64,000 nt of DNA from Leucoraja ocellata. Its lineage: Eukaryota. The stretch spans positions 62,001 to 126,000 of the forward strand of contig JAWMAR010002538.1 in assembly GCA_036785375.1 (NCBI GenBank). Reading direction: 5' to 3'. A program made the position numbers and the translations under genes. Each line of letters starts with the position of its first letter. Positions within the stretch are counted from its first letter, which is position 1. The notes beneath the pieces were generated by a model. It made no database searches, had not been told where the DNA came from, and saw only the letters and a list, made by a program, of their open reading frames with translations. Of this stretch, positions 24,860 to 38,038 are shown piece after piece.

Positions 24860-26095
24860 TTGTAGGCCAATTCTCATATCTCAGCAGTTAATTTTCAGTG
24901 AAGACAAACATTGATGTCAAAATTAACCAATGGGTTCAATGTTCTAGCACAACCTTTGGTCAATTGTGGAAAAATACCTTTATGTACCTTTATTTTAAAC
25001 TTGGTATAAAACTCAGGGTTTACAGGCCAGCAGCGATTCCTGTTCTCTACAGGCTTGAGATTGGGAACATTTACAGCTGGCATTTCATTGCACTGTGAAG
25101 ATACCACCAAGCATGTCCCTGCAAAATCTTCCAGATATACTGAATCAGGAATATTTATTTCCTCTCCCCAACTGACATTTTCCAGATCTGGGCCTAAAGT
25201 GCACATCTTTGGGCAGATCACATAATTCACATTAATGTCATCCACACATTACTTTGAGTTTTGTCATGGGCAGAAATTGCCACGTGGATAGAGGAAACGA
25301 TTTAAGACTGTTCTCAAAGGTTCTATGAAAAGAAATGCAATAACCCCACTTGCTTCTGAAATAGCCACGACAGTTCAAAATGCAGAAAGTTCATTCAAAC
25401 TAGAATAAAGAACATTAAAACACTGCATCAGACCACACAGTTCAGTGTAAATGGAAGAGGGAGCACACTACCCCATAAACTATCATCCCACCCAGTCAGG
25501 TAACTCCTTCCTGCCCCTTGAATCCTTTATTTTGTTCACCTTAACCTCTTACAGTGAAGAGCTCAGATTGAAATGTTTCAGGAGCTTGGTATTAGCCAGA
25601 TGAGTAACCTGACCTCTGGAATGGAGCTAAGCTTGGTCAGTACCTCTGGATTCAATGCTGTTTTAGTTTTGTTTAGCTTTTAGTTTAGAGATACAGGGTG
25701 TAAACAGCCCCTTCGGCTCACCGAGTCCGTGCCGATCAGCGATCCCTGCTCATTAACACTATACTACGCACACTAGGGTCAATTTACAATCATACCTAGC
25801 CAATTAACCTACAAACCAGTACATCTTTGGAGTGTGGGAGGAAACTGGAGAACTCCCATGAGAAAACCCATGCAGGTAACGGGGAGAATGGATAGTCAGG
25901 ATCGAACCTGGAACCCTGGCGCTCGAAGGGAGGAACTCTACCGCTGGGCCACCGAGCTGCCCCTAATTGATGTTGGTCTAGGATAGAATGTTGAGATTTA
26001 TTTGCTTTCTGTTCCAGTGAATTTAGAAGTGGCCTCATCAGTCACATCAGAATCAGAGTAGGAGCAAGTCCTTCTCGATCCTAGAGGGACTGCAC
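24860..26095 (+). mobile_element. Old RTE (BovB-like) LINE remnant interrupted by a V-SINE
   Basis: DVKINQWVQCSSTTFGQLWK...KLRVYRPAAIPVLY resembles the RTE C-terminus; 3' end remnant near 26055-26095. Confidence 0.6.
25663..25962 (-). mobile_element. Full-length V-SINE (HE1-like): tRNA-derived head, V domain, CR1-derived tail
   Basis: Minus strand starts GGGCAGCTCGGTGGCCCAGCGG (A box) and has GGTTCGATCC (B box); CR1-like tail then A-rich repeats. Confidence 0.88.
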
Positions 26096-29000
26096 AAAAT
26101 GAAAGTTTTCTTCTGACAAATATTTGAAAGGAAATATCAGAAAGTCCCAAGTCCTCACTACTGAGATGACCTTCTACTCATGTAACTACATCTTTACTAA
26201 GATATCAAGAACCACAGTGCTGGAAACTCTCAGTGGGCCAGGCAGCATCTGTGGAGGCAGAGGGATGGTCTATGTTTCAGGCTGAAACCCTGCATCTGGT
26301 TGCAATGGGGTTGAGCTTCGACCATGACAACCAACCACCTTTCGGCCTTCACAGATGCTGCCTGACTCGCTGTGCGAGTCCAGTACTTTGATTTTTGCAC
26401 CAGACTACAGCATCCAGTCTTGTGTATTCATTATGAAACCTTTCCTGACTAAAACATTACCTCTGTCTCAGCTCATCTGTTACTTAAACCTTAATTCATG
26501 GCTGTATTTCCTCTACATTTAATTATTTCAACACACTCCTGGTAGATTCCCACATTCTAGCCCCCATAAGCTTGAGATCAAGAAATGCCAGGTTCATGTA
26601 AATATTTATATTAGGAAGTGGTTTTCAATTCTGCATTGACATTGGCTGCCATTTGCTAAGTTATTTAAAATCTTTAAGTAATCTTCGGAATAAACAGTTT
26701 CAATATTTTGTCAGTTATTAATGAAAGGTCAATGAGCTTGTGGATGTCTGAGTTTACTTCTTAATTTTTTTTGGAAGTCAACACTTATGCTACCAGAGAG
26801 ACATCTACTTGACCACTTTATACTTACCATGTCCACGACCTCGTATAATCCTCCATTAGGTATTAACTAACCGAGTCTTTCTAGGATCATGAAGCCACAG
26901 CATCAACATTGTTTACTTCAAATTGCCCTGTGATTTTACCTATTGTATGTTCAGTCAAAAACTTCAATGTAGCACAAATGTTCATTCTCCTGACCAGTTG
27001 TAACCATAGTGAGAGTTTAGGAAATACTAACAAAAACGCAAACCCCATTTAAGTTGTAGAACACTTTGAAGCATGCATTATCATTCTCCACTGAATATTC
27101 TGGGAAGTAGCCATCGGGTACGTTAACTACCCTTTTGTGTCTATATGCTTGCAGCGAGAAGGATTTCACAATGTAATGTGTCATTCGGTTCATTAGTTAC
27201 AGCAGTTCACCTCCAGAGTTCAGTAATTAGTTTCCTTCTCTATCGAATCATGACCATCTTAGTTTTGAGTTCAAACCAACATACTGCAAAAACAATGTAC
27301 AAACTATCACCATGCTATTTTTTTTTAACAATCTGTAGATACATTTACAATCTTTTCTCTCTCAAGGGATAATGAAGAATAAATTAAAGAGAAACTTATT
27401 TAGCAAGTTTCCATGGATGCCATTTCCATGACATATCAACAAAAAAAAAGTAGAATTTAAGATACATTCTCAACAGCACATTTCCTTCATTTTTAAGGAA
27501 TTAAATAGGTCTAGCTGTTTGCATTAAAGCCATATCCATATGTAGTTGTTTGAGAAAACAAATTCTTCAAAATCTTCAACCATCAGGGATAACTTTCACC
27601 TATTAGACAAAGCTTTTTTTCCGGCTGACCACTGTTAACAATTACTGAGTAATCACAGTCAAAACAATGAAATTCTCATGTACGTCCAAATCATTTCCTC
27701 GAGGACTGCTGCAATAATATTGCTATTTATAAATTGCCGCCTAACCTTTCTTGAGCTTTAGGTAAGGCAAGTAATGTTACATAGAAATAAATTTTAGTTT
27801 TACAGAAATAAATTGTGTGCATTTTGAAGACCTGTATTTAATGATGACAAATCTCCAATATAGATTCCTTTTCTTAAATGTAAAATATATATTTTATATC
27901 TATAGTAAATGCACTAAGTTTGGACAACATACTTTGGCTTTCACTATCATTGTAAGGCTTATTTAGTATAACTATTAATTCCCTGTATATCTATTTGTAG
28001 TGTTGATGCTTTTAATGTGCTGTAAGGACACAACATGCAAGAATTTCATTATTTCTGTTCCAGTGCAGATGATAATACTCTTGAAATATAGTTTTCTATA
28101 AAGAACATCCATACTTTGTATGAACTTGGAATAGCAAAATGGCAGCTTAGATTTTCTGTCGACATGAAAATATTGTTTTTCTGTCAGATCATGACATACC
28201 CTGTTAGAAACAATTAAGACACTTTCAGCTGCATGCTAAGCACTTGCAATGAATGGTCTCAATAGACATTTGTACAACAGGTTTCCAAATTCAATAATAT
28301 GGTGCATTAAATTCAGAAACAGTATATTGCCAAGAGCAATAATGACATCTACTATAGTTACAATTGTATCAATATCAAACCTGTGGAAACAATCAGAAAA
28401 GACAAATGGATTGTAAAGGCCGTGTATATTGCAGAAACTGCTTAAGGAACTGACACTGCAATTATCTAATAAATGCCAACCTGGATTGATTCTTTAGTTC
28501 ATTTAGGCAAAATGTTTAACAAAAGGCCTGACATCATACAATGTCTTTTGTAACTTAAGCATCAGAACAATTGTCAGCCTTTTGCAAGGTGATAGTAGCT
28601 GCGTTGACAAGAGTTAGATTATCATAGAGTGTCCTTGTCTGCAAAGGCAGCCGTTTGCCGTCAGTAACCCAGATGCATGACACTGGAAATAATTAAGTCA
28701 CATTATAGGAAATCATTTTAGCTTGTATTGTTAAGCAAACAGATTGTTAAAAGACTTTAAACCTATTTTATTTAAATCTGGGAAATGTTAGTAAGAAAGC
28801 ATCTATCCTCCTATCTGGTTTCCTTAGAAGTTGGTGAGTCTTAAGAGTCAGCCATAAAGTGACTCGGAATATAAGGTTCCAAACCATATACGTCTGCCAG
28901 TTTATGTTCATCAACAGGTCGAACATTAGGTTGTGTCTTAACAACATTCTGTGGCTGCTATAATGACTTTCCATAAATTTTAAAATTCATTAGCTTTTCA

Positions 29001-29479
29001 ATGATCATTCAGCAACATATCCACTTACTTATATTTGGTGATTCTGCCATTGAATATCCTTACCTGGAGGATAAAGTCCAATTAGAACATGAAATAAATG
29101 GTACAGATTTAGCAATATTCCAATAACAGCAACGTGAACAAGTGGCATCAATATCCAGCATATTTGGACCTTTAGCTAAATATCCAGTGTGTGGACTCAA
29201 CTGAAATATGACAAGCTGAGGACAGGTAGCAACAAGGGATTAAATAGGATCACAAGTTTGCCTAGGGTTTCAAACTATAGATTGAAAATAGATTTTTTTT
29301 CACAAGATCAATGTTAGGAAATTGAAATTAAAAATGTATTCAGATGTTAATCACAACATTGTTTCTAAGGCCCATAATATAACACATGTCCTAGAACAAG
29401 AAACGTTGAAACCTGAAAGTATAACCAATAGGGGCAGGACACACACACAGTATATATATGAGGGCTAAGGAACATTGGT

Positions 29480-30095
29480 GAACAGAGGGCCCAAGGGGTT
29501 CAACTGCATAGGTCCCTCAAAGTGGCAATACAGGCTGATAGGGTGGATAAATTGGCATAGGATACGCTTACCCTCATAAGTCAAAGCATGCTATATGAAA
29601 GTTGGGCCATGCTGCAACTAACCTCTGACTGCAATTAGAGTACTGAATGTGCTTCTGGTTGTTCTGTCGGAAATATATGGTTGTCCTGGAGAAAGTGCAA
29701 AGAAGATTCAGTAGAATGCTCCCTGGACTGGAAGTCTTCAGTTATGGGGTGAGATAGGATAGACTGGATATGTTTTCCCCAGAGTGAAGATGGCTCAGGG
29801 GTGACCTGATACAGATATATAAAATTACAAAGGGCAGAGATAGATAGGGTAAATAGAATTTTTTTCCCATGTAGGGATATCAAAAAGAGGGCATAGGTTT
29901 AAGGTGAGAGCAAGGAGTTTCAGACATTTGAGGATAAATGTATGTTTGTGGAATGGTTGATTTCTGCAACTTGCTGCTAGTGGAGGTGGTGCAATGAGAT
30001 ATAAACCCTACAACAGAGGCAATCAAGAAAAACACAGGAAAATATATGGGTTAAAAGGACACAGACCCAATGCAAACAACTGGATTAATGCAGAT
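29480..30095 (+). mobile_element. Old degenerate CR1
   Basis: Degraded ORF2 C-terminus (ttagagtactg...ctggagaaagtgcaaagaagattc). Confidence 0.75.
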
Positions 30096-30240
30096 GGGGT
30101 GGGAGATTGCAACCTTCACATGCTCCGCCCTGTTTCAATGAATGCAATCAACTTGGTGTGCACAATCAAATAAGATCAAATAGAACAAGTTGTCCTACAA
30201 ATTTAGGCTGTGCACGCCATACGCAATAAGAAGAAGAAGT
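30096..30240 (+). mobile_element. Non-LTR element 3' end with (AGA)n tail (RTE-like)
   Basis: ...ctgtgcacgccatacgcaataagaagaagaag. Confidence 0.45.
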
Positions 30241-30242
30241 AG

Positions 30243-30727
30243 ATTAATGATTCCTGGGATGTCAGGACTTTCATATGAAGAAAGACTGGATAGACTCGGC
30301 TGGTACTCGCTAGAATTTAGGAGATTGAGGGGGGAACTTATAGAAACGTACAATATTCTTAAGGGGTTGGACAGGCTAGATGCAGGAAGATTGTTCCTGA
30401 TGTTGGGGAAGTCCAGGACAAGGGATCACAGCTTAAGGATAAGGGGGAAATCCTTTAGGACCGAGATGAGAAAAACATTTTTCACACAGAGTGGTGAATC
30501 TCTGGAATTCTCTGCCACAGAATGTAGTTGAGGCCAGTTCATTGGCTATATTTAAGAGGGAGTTAGATGTGGCCCTTGTGGCTAAAGGTATCAGGGGGTA
30601 TGGAGAGAAGGCAGGTACGGGATACTGAGTTGGATGATCAGCCATGATCATATTGAATGGCGGTGCAGGCTCGAAGGGCCGAATGGCCTACTCCTGCACC
30701 TATTTTCTATGTTTCTATGTTTCTATG
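30243..30727 (+). mobile_element. 5'-truncated CR1 LINE
   Basis: Same subfamily as 1706-6796; (TTCTATGT)n tail. Confidence 0.93.
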
Positions 30728-31779
30728 CAGATGGGCAAAGAGGTCAACAAGAATGTGGTGGGGCTTGTTTCAGTACTGTACATCTCTATTACTCAATTTC
30801 ATTTAAAGGGACCGTCCATCCACATTTTGTTCCCATCCTACACTGAATGAATGAAATGAATGAAATGGAGAAATTCAGATTTTCCTTCAATTGGTCACCG
30901 CATTAGAAGTATTTTTTAAAATAAGATAAACAGCCAACTTTGGTAAAAATACGTTTTAATAAAAAGTTTTAACCAGTGAAGACAGAAGTAACAGGCACAT
31001 TGTAACTGTATACCACACGATTGTCAAACAGGCCCTTGATACAATATTTCTACATTGGCTTTGGGTGTTGGATATTTCATTAATGAAGATCCAAATAAGA
31101 GTCCAATATAAGATATAAAAAAAGGTTCATCATTAATTATCAACAATGTCACTTTGAAGAGCATTAATACTCCACCACATTTCTAATACAATCAAGCTAA
31201 TACTCTGATTCAATACTATTTTAACATACAGATATTTACCACTTTCATTCACACCTGAAAGGGGAAAAGCAGCATCTTGGCAAAGCAAGTTGTTCAGCAG
31301 CAAAGGCATAATTTGTCAAACATAATGGAGAAATCACTCACCCACCCTTCCTGCAACTTAAAACTCGCACATTTTCTTTATTTCCTAGTTCTGGCAGCAA
31401 GTACTTGGCTTAAAACATTCATGAAAACTGAAAAAAATACTGAAATAAAACCAGTAAATTCTTGAAAAACTTAGTAGGTCAGCTGCATTAGTGCAAAGAG
31501 AAATAGTTTATGTTTCAGATCCTGGACCTTTAATTGGAAAAGAAAGAGAGAACCAAAGAGCAAGCAGAACCACACCGAGTACTCTAAGTGTGGTGATGGA
31601 GAAGATGCGGATGGGAGATGGATGCAAACAAGGGAATATATCTCAGTGAGAGGATGACCTATTGCAGCAGTTAAAGTGGTAGGCAGTCAGAAGTTCAAGG
31701 TAAAAAAAAATTGTTCCAGAAATAACAATGATTCACTTGCACTTTTTTCAATCTAGAAAACTTGATTGGAAGAAGTGCA

Positions 31780-32015
31780 AATCAAACGGGCGATTGCCTG
31801 CTTGCGTTATTGAATATTCGCACTGAGTCTGAGGACTCGGGCATCTGCAACTCTAATTCACCACCCCACTCCCACCCTGACCTGTGTCAGTGGCCTTCTA
31901 CACTACAACAACAAGACAAGACACCACAAGCCTGAGGAGCAAGGTTTAATTTTCAGCCTGAGAACATTGCATCCTGCATGACTCAATGCCGAGCTCTCCA
32001 ACTTTGGATAACTCA
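31780..32015 (+). mobile_element. Penelope-like GIY-YIG endonuclease 3' remnant
   Basis: Degraded ...NSPPHSH.DL...KPEEQGLIFSLRTLHPA.LNAELSNF. Confidence 0.65.
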
Positions 32016-33204
32016 TTCAGATGAGAACATCACACTTTTGATGGTTATTTTCTTTCTATTAGTCTGGCCTGCTGAATATGTTGGAGTATACCAGAGAATA
32101 CAAAATTACACAGAAGATACAATATTAGCACCACACTAAACATAATAGTTTATTCTGTTCATAACACAGAACAGGAGTTTCAGCCACAATGTTCATGCCA
32201 CATATGATGCCAAGTTAAACTAATCTCTTGGAACTGCATATGACCATCAGTCTGAAGGGTCTCAACCCGAAACGTCACCTATTGCTTCGCTCCATTGATG
32301 CTGCCTCACCCGCTGTGTTTCTGCAACATTTTTATCTACCTATGATCCATATCTCTTCATTCCCTGCACATTCCAGGCACCCAGCACCCTCTCTGTACAT
32401 CTTATTCAAGCTTTTCGCCTCTGACATAAAAACTATGCTCTTTGGTATTTAAAAAAAGTTCTGTCTAACCTATCCACGACTTTATATATGACTATGAATT
32501 TATATATATTTCTATCAGGTATCTCCTCAAGCTCAGATGTTCCAGAGAACACAATTGGAACTGCTACATTAGGTTATTGGTCTCACCCTAACAGAGAAAT
32601 TGCCTTCCTCCACCATCTCATCCCCCACTTTCTCCGCTACTTGAACACATTTGTTTATCTCTTTACCTGCTCTGAAGATGGGCCAAGACATGAAACGCTA
32701 ACTGCTTTGCTCTCTACAGCTGTAGCAGACCCGCTGATAGTTTTTGAACATTTTCTAATGTTATTTCTGAAATTCAGCATCTGCGATTTTTTGATCTTCA
32801 AACATCTGGTCAGATGCTAACAATAAGCACAACAGAACAGTTTAATTTCCAAATAACATGCATGTGCACTTTAACCACAAGAATTATCTAATATTCTCAT
32901 TACTTTTAAATACATTTCACCATTGTTCTTAATTTATATGCTCTCTGATGAAACACAAAATGTCAAAAATGCAATTCCAATTAACACCTAAAAAAAGTTT
33001 CATATTTTGTTATTGCACTTTGTTGCAAAAATAGGGTTAAGCCAGAAACCGTTGCCAATTCTTTCCTTTCTGTTACCAATTCCATTACCATTACCAATTT
33101 TTTCATGGGATGATTGATGATTTGCACCTTTCTTGTTTTCATTTGAAATTACAGCCTTTAGTGGCTGTATTTATGTCTACAAATGTCTTACAATATATAG
33201 TTAA

Positions 33205-33972
33205 TTGGTGGCAAGAACAGGAAGGCAAATAAGGAAAAGAGAAGGTGTAGCGAGACCTGCGTGTGCTTGTACATCAGTCACTGAAAGTAAGCGTGCAGGT
33301 ACAGCAGGCAGTGAAGAAAGTTAATGGCATGTTGGGCTTCATTGCGAGAGGGTTTGAGTTTAGGAGCAAGCAGGTCCTACTGCAGTTGTACAGGGCCCTG
33401 GTGAGACCGCACCTGGAGTATTGTGTGCAATTTTGGTCTCCTAATTTGAGGAAGGACATTATTGCTATTGAGGGAGTGCAGCGTAGGTTCACCAGGTTAA
33501 TTCCTGGGATGGCGGACTGACATATGATGAAAGAATGGGTCGACTGGCCTTGTATTCACTGGAATTGAATGAGAGAAGGATGAGAGGGCATCTTATAGAA
33601 ACATATGAAATTCTTGAAGAATTGGACAGGCTACATGCAGGAAAAATGTTCCCGATGTTGGGGGGGAGTCCAGAACCAGGGGTCACAGTTTAAGAATAAG
33701 GAGTAGGCCATTTAGGACTGAGATGAGGAAACATGTTTTCACCCAGAGAGTTGTGAATCTGTGGAATTCTCTGCCACAGAAGGCAGTGGAGGCCAATTCA
33801 CTGGATGTTTTCAGAGAGTTAGATTTAGCTCTTAGGGCTAAAGGAATCAAGGGATATGGGGAAAAAGCAGGAATGGGGTACTGATTTTAGATGTTCAGCC
33901 ATGACCATATTGAATGGTGCTGCTGGCTCGAAGGGCCAAATGGCCTAGTTCTGCACTTATTTTTCTATGTTT
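33205..33972 (+). mobile_element. 5'-truncated CR1 LINE
   Basis: ORF 33263-33520 plus CR1 3' UTR. Confidence 0.92.
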
Positions 33973-34032
33973 CCTTCAGTAATGTATTACCCCAAACTTT
34001 CTTTCGGCAAAAACAAACATGTTACATTCTAA

Positions 34033-34281
34033 GATAGACAAAAAATGCTGGAGTAACACAGCGGGACAGGCAGCATCTCTGGAGAGAAGGAATGGGTGAC
34101 ATTTCGGATCAAGATCCTTCTTCAGATTGATCCTCAGATTCCTCAGTCTGAAGAAGGGTCTGGACCCGAAACATCATTTGTTCCTTCTCTCCAGAGATGC
34201 TGCCTGTCCCACTGAGTTACTCCAGCATTTTGTGTCTATCTTCGATTTAAACCAGCATTTGCAGATTCTTCCTACACAGAA
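34033..34281 (+). mobile_element. Palindromic Penelope-derived element with hammerhead-like motifs; 12-bp TSD GTTACATTCTAA
   Basis: Inverted arms ~34033-34126 vs ~34147-34241; TSD at 34021-34032 and 34282-34293. Confidence 0.8.
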
Positions 34282-34490
34282 GTTACATTCTAACTGATAG
34301 GATAGTGGAGTCAAGGAAAGAGTGTTCACTGCAGCCCTGTTTCCACCAATCTTTCCACCACCACGCACAAGAAGCACCAAGATAGACACCATTGTATGCA
34401 AATGCCGAGAAGTGTGTTCAGCTCTGGCTGAACAACTTCTAATCTTGTGTGTGGACTTGATAAGAAGAAGAAGATAGGATAGTTGCCATG

Positions 34491-34628
34491 TAGAAACAAA
34501 GAACTGCTGGTTAATATACAAAAGGAAACAAAGTCGGAAGAAGAGTCCCAACCCAAAATGTCACCTATCCATATTCTCCAGAGTTGCTGCCTGACCTGCT
34601 GAGTTATTTCAGGACATTGTGTCCTTTC
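34491..34628. mobile_element. Penelope-derived short element with a 15-bp near-perfect TSD
   Basis: aggatagttgccatg (34476-34490) and aggatagtttccatg (34629-34643). Confidence 0.65.
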
Positions 34629-35309
34629 AGGATAGTTTCCATGCCCAGCCCATCTAGTGATCATGATGTTTATGTAATTTGGCGGTTTCCTTATTTTCCT
34701 TGCTCCCTTTGCCTCGTTCCCTTTTAAACTGATACAACTGAAATCACAAACACTGAGATCATGCTGTATGCAACTGTTTCAGACCTCTTGGATCTCTGAA
34801 TAACCAAGATGGGAGCCAGTCTAGTTGTTTACATGCCACTGTCAATTTGCACTAAGTAGCTGGTCTGATGTGAACGAATGCAAGATTGGATAAATTTTGA
34901 ATGTTTTGTTTTCAACATATGGTTCTTTAACCACAACCTGGGAAATCAATGTGACAAAATTCAAGGCAAGGATGTAAGCAATGCTGTAAATAGCACATTG
35001 AAACAAGCAGCAAGCTGGTCTCTCTTTATGATGTGTTTTGTCCATTATATATTTTGCACACTGCAAATAATCAATGTTGACAATTTATCGGGGCTCCAAC
35101 AGTTATAGGTTAAATAAAAAATCTATAGACAATGGACGATAAAGAATTACATTATTTCAATATCAAGCAGCTCCTTTCCCACCAACATAACTGTCATCTC
35201 ACGTATAAAGAAAAATTGTAATGTTAGTACTAATGATTCACCTCGCACATTCACTACCGATTTGGCCAGTTAAACACAGAGTCCATTTGTTGGAGATTAA
35301 TTAAAACCA

Positions 35310-36971
35310 GCCAATTCTATTCAGCAGTAACCTTTATTGTTATTGATGAACAGCGGATATTAAGAGAATAACCACCCATTTGTTTGGCTATACTGTTTAG
35401 TTACTGGCTAAATACAGTTGCTGTATTTTTGGTACAAAGATACATTATGTGCTAGTTGAACTAGCAATACATATTGTTAATAGTAAAGGTAAAAAGTTTT
35501 AGTAATATGTATGAATTCACTCATTATAAAAACAGCTGCAGTGTATACTGGTGTATAAAAAAACACCAACGTTTCTATAAATATAATGAATTACAGAAAG
35601 CCTATTACAAAATATGAACATACATACCACAGATTAATGACCAGCTTTACAATATGCTCAGCAAGATACACGTGACAAATAAACACTGGACAAGAAATAT
35701 GAAAATACAAATTCCAGCAGAAAATCTAAGAACACCATCTGAAATTCTTAAACTGCAAGCAAAAAGAGAATGTGAATGGGAATGGTTGGACAGAGGATGG
35801 ACGTAGTAGACAGGGAGGGAATGATGCCGACAGTTGGAAGGCATTAGGCGTCAGACAGAGGCTTGTCAGGAACAGCTGCTGGTGAGTATTGATTGATTGT
35901 GTTTTCATTCAGCTTACTGATGAGTTGCAGACAGTCTCAGGTTTGAGAAGAAGTGCAAGGCTGGTGCACACATACATTAAACACACACACACACAAAGGG
36001 TCATCTGACAGATGGCTCAAGCAACATCTACCACAGTCTCTTCAATATAATTAAATCTTTCAAAACTAAATTCTGGGAATATTATAATACATTAAGTAAT
36101 TTTGAAATTAAGACAACAATTTTACTTTACCTAACATATTGAATTTTATATTACTAATGTCACAGAACAAATATTTTTGATCCCGAGTAAACAAAGACCA
36201 AGGATGCAAGACCAAATTTGTTAATTCAATTGAAACAATTGCATGATAATCTGCCAATGGATTTGTCAAACAGTGCTGTTATCAAAATCTGTTTTTTTTT
36301 AAGAGCAGTGCAGAATGTACACAGCAATGTTAAAAAAATGTTTCTACAAATTACAATTGTTTCTCCCTTTTACACAGATATTCTGAACCTGTCTGACACC
36401 ACTTCAAAAACCTGATAGTAGTAGATAATAAAGTAGTAATCAATAAAGATGACGTATTCTAAAACACCAAGACATTCCATTCTTTCCAAAATAATTACAA
36501 ATGCACATTCACAATTCTTACAGTTCAGCCACTTCATCTTGTGTGTATGCTAACGATATACAGAAATAATTAGATGCAAGATATGATCTTCACCCTTCAA
36601 TGAAGATCAATCCTAAAATAATTTAGTTCTTCAGAACTGTCATCACTGACCATTTTCGAAATTCCAATCACTACTGTACTACAAATGATCACATACCAAA
36701 AGATCATGCAATTACATTAAAATTGAAGTTGTAGAAAATAGGATAAAGTAAAATGTCCAGTACTTTTGGAGATTCCATGTTAAATTCATTTCATATTTCA
36801 GTGATTCAGGATATTTTAGTTTTGTTTAAAAATTGATTTCATAATATGATATGCAGGAAGTGGATCATATAAAACATTGAAAATGAACATACAATAAAGT
36901 TTTTCCATTATTAAAGTTTACAGTACAGTGTGTAAGAAAGGTTTCATTACAATTTTTCAAGGCTGCCTACT
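35310..36971 (-). other. ARL15: Probable ARL15 3' UTR; candidate AATAAA at 35333-35338 (minus strand)
   Basis: TE-free AT-rich sequence directly after the stop codon; the 3' end is a guess. Confidence 0.5.
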
Positions 36972-37130
36972 TCATAATCTTCCTGGAGTGTTCTCGTGAT
37001 CAATCTCTTCAAGCAAGTTAATAAACTGATTGAAACCTTCTTTCACAGCATCCATGTTTTCGACAGAGCAAGGCTGAAGGATCCATCGATGACCTCTCGC
37101 AAGTGGTTCTAGTTCAAAGTATTTCTTAAT
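36972..37130 (-). CDS. ARL15: ADP-ribosylation factor-like GTPase 15, last coding exon (52 aa + TGA)
   Basis: IKKYFELEPLARGHRWILQPCSVENMDAVKEGFNQFINLLEEIDHENTPGRL* matches the recalled human ARL15 C-terminus IKKYFELEPLARGKRWILQPCSLDDMDALKDSFSQLINLLEEKDHE; phase-0 acceptor (T)nCAG at 37131-37143. Confidence 0.97.
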   Translation of the reverse strand: MKKYFELEPLARGHRWILQPCSVENMDAVKEGFNQFINLLEEIDHENTPGRL

Positions 37131-38038
37131 CTGAAAAAAAAAATGCATTTTATGAAATTTGGATAACAATCTAGATGTTATGCTGAAATTTGAAATTTTA
37201 CAATGATAGATGAGATTAAACCTCTTCTTAGCCAGTCTCTTGGGATGGCAGAAGAGGGTCAAAATGATACGTATGCACAGGTTTGGATTTCACTGCAGAT
37301 TCCAGGGTAAATCTTGGTCAATTCTTTCACTATTCTACATTAGTTATTATTTAATGTACAAAGTGCTATACCAGAGAAATATTCAATAATTGAAAAGATT
37401 CAATATTACAACTGGCCATCTAACTCCGACATACAATTGTTATTATTCTCATATCCTTCTCATTTATGTGATAAAATTAGAAACATCAAGGTCTATAGTA
37501 TCTAGCTGTGATTTCGGTGCTCTAAACACTTTGCAAAGTTAGTCCTCAGAGAACACAACCTTGTTGATTAATAGGCAAAACTCATTTGCAACTGATTTGT
37601 AAAGTCCACCAGACTTTAGTTCCGATTAAAACATCCATATGTGATCATTAATGGGGCACACATCCAATTAAGAAAGGTATTTGATGAAATTTGATGTTGT
37701 AAAGCAAATTTAAGAAAGGATGTGCATCTGAAATGTTTGAAGCATTAGAAATGTTAGGTTAAACAGTTAACATGGATTATTGACGTTTTTCTTAGGAGAC
37801 TATGCTAATTTGGCTGGTTTAAATTTATTATACTTTTTCATACATTTGTCTTTGTTTCAACTTGGTCCATTAATAAAACATAAACATTTTCATAATTTAT
37901 CGCAAACATATTTCACCAGACCTTGAAGGTAATTTGACTTCTTCCCATATTCTAAGAATACCTCCCATCAACCATCTCAGGAATAGATAACAGTTTCCCT
38001 TTCCCCATCCAACATGGGTCCAGTTAAGGCATCACATA

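Noticed and set aside
25885-25962. tRNA-like sequence with A and B boxes
   Set aside because: It is the head of a V-SINE, continuous with the V domain and CR1-derived tail; no complete cloverleaf.
35915-35945. ctgatgag in the ARL15 3' UTR region as a hammerhead or snoRNA box
   Set aside because: No stem II followed by GAAA, and no matching box or terminal stem.
37131-37262. N-terminal part of ORF 36972-37262 as coding
   Set aside because: It lies upstream of the (T)nCAG acceptor; ARL15 similarity starts exactly at IKKYF, so this part is intron.
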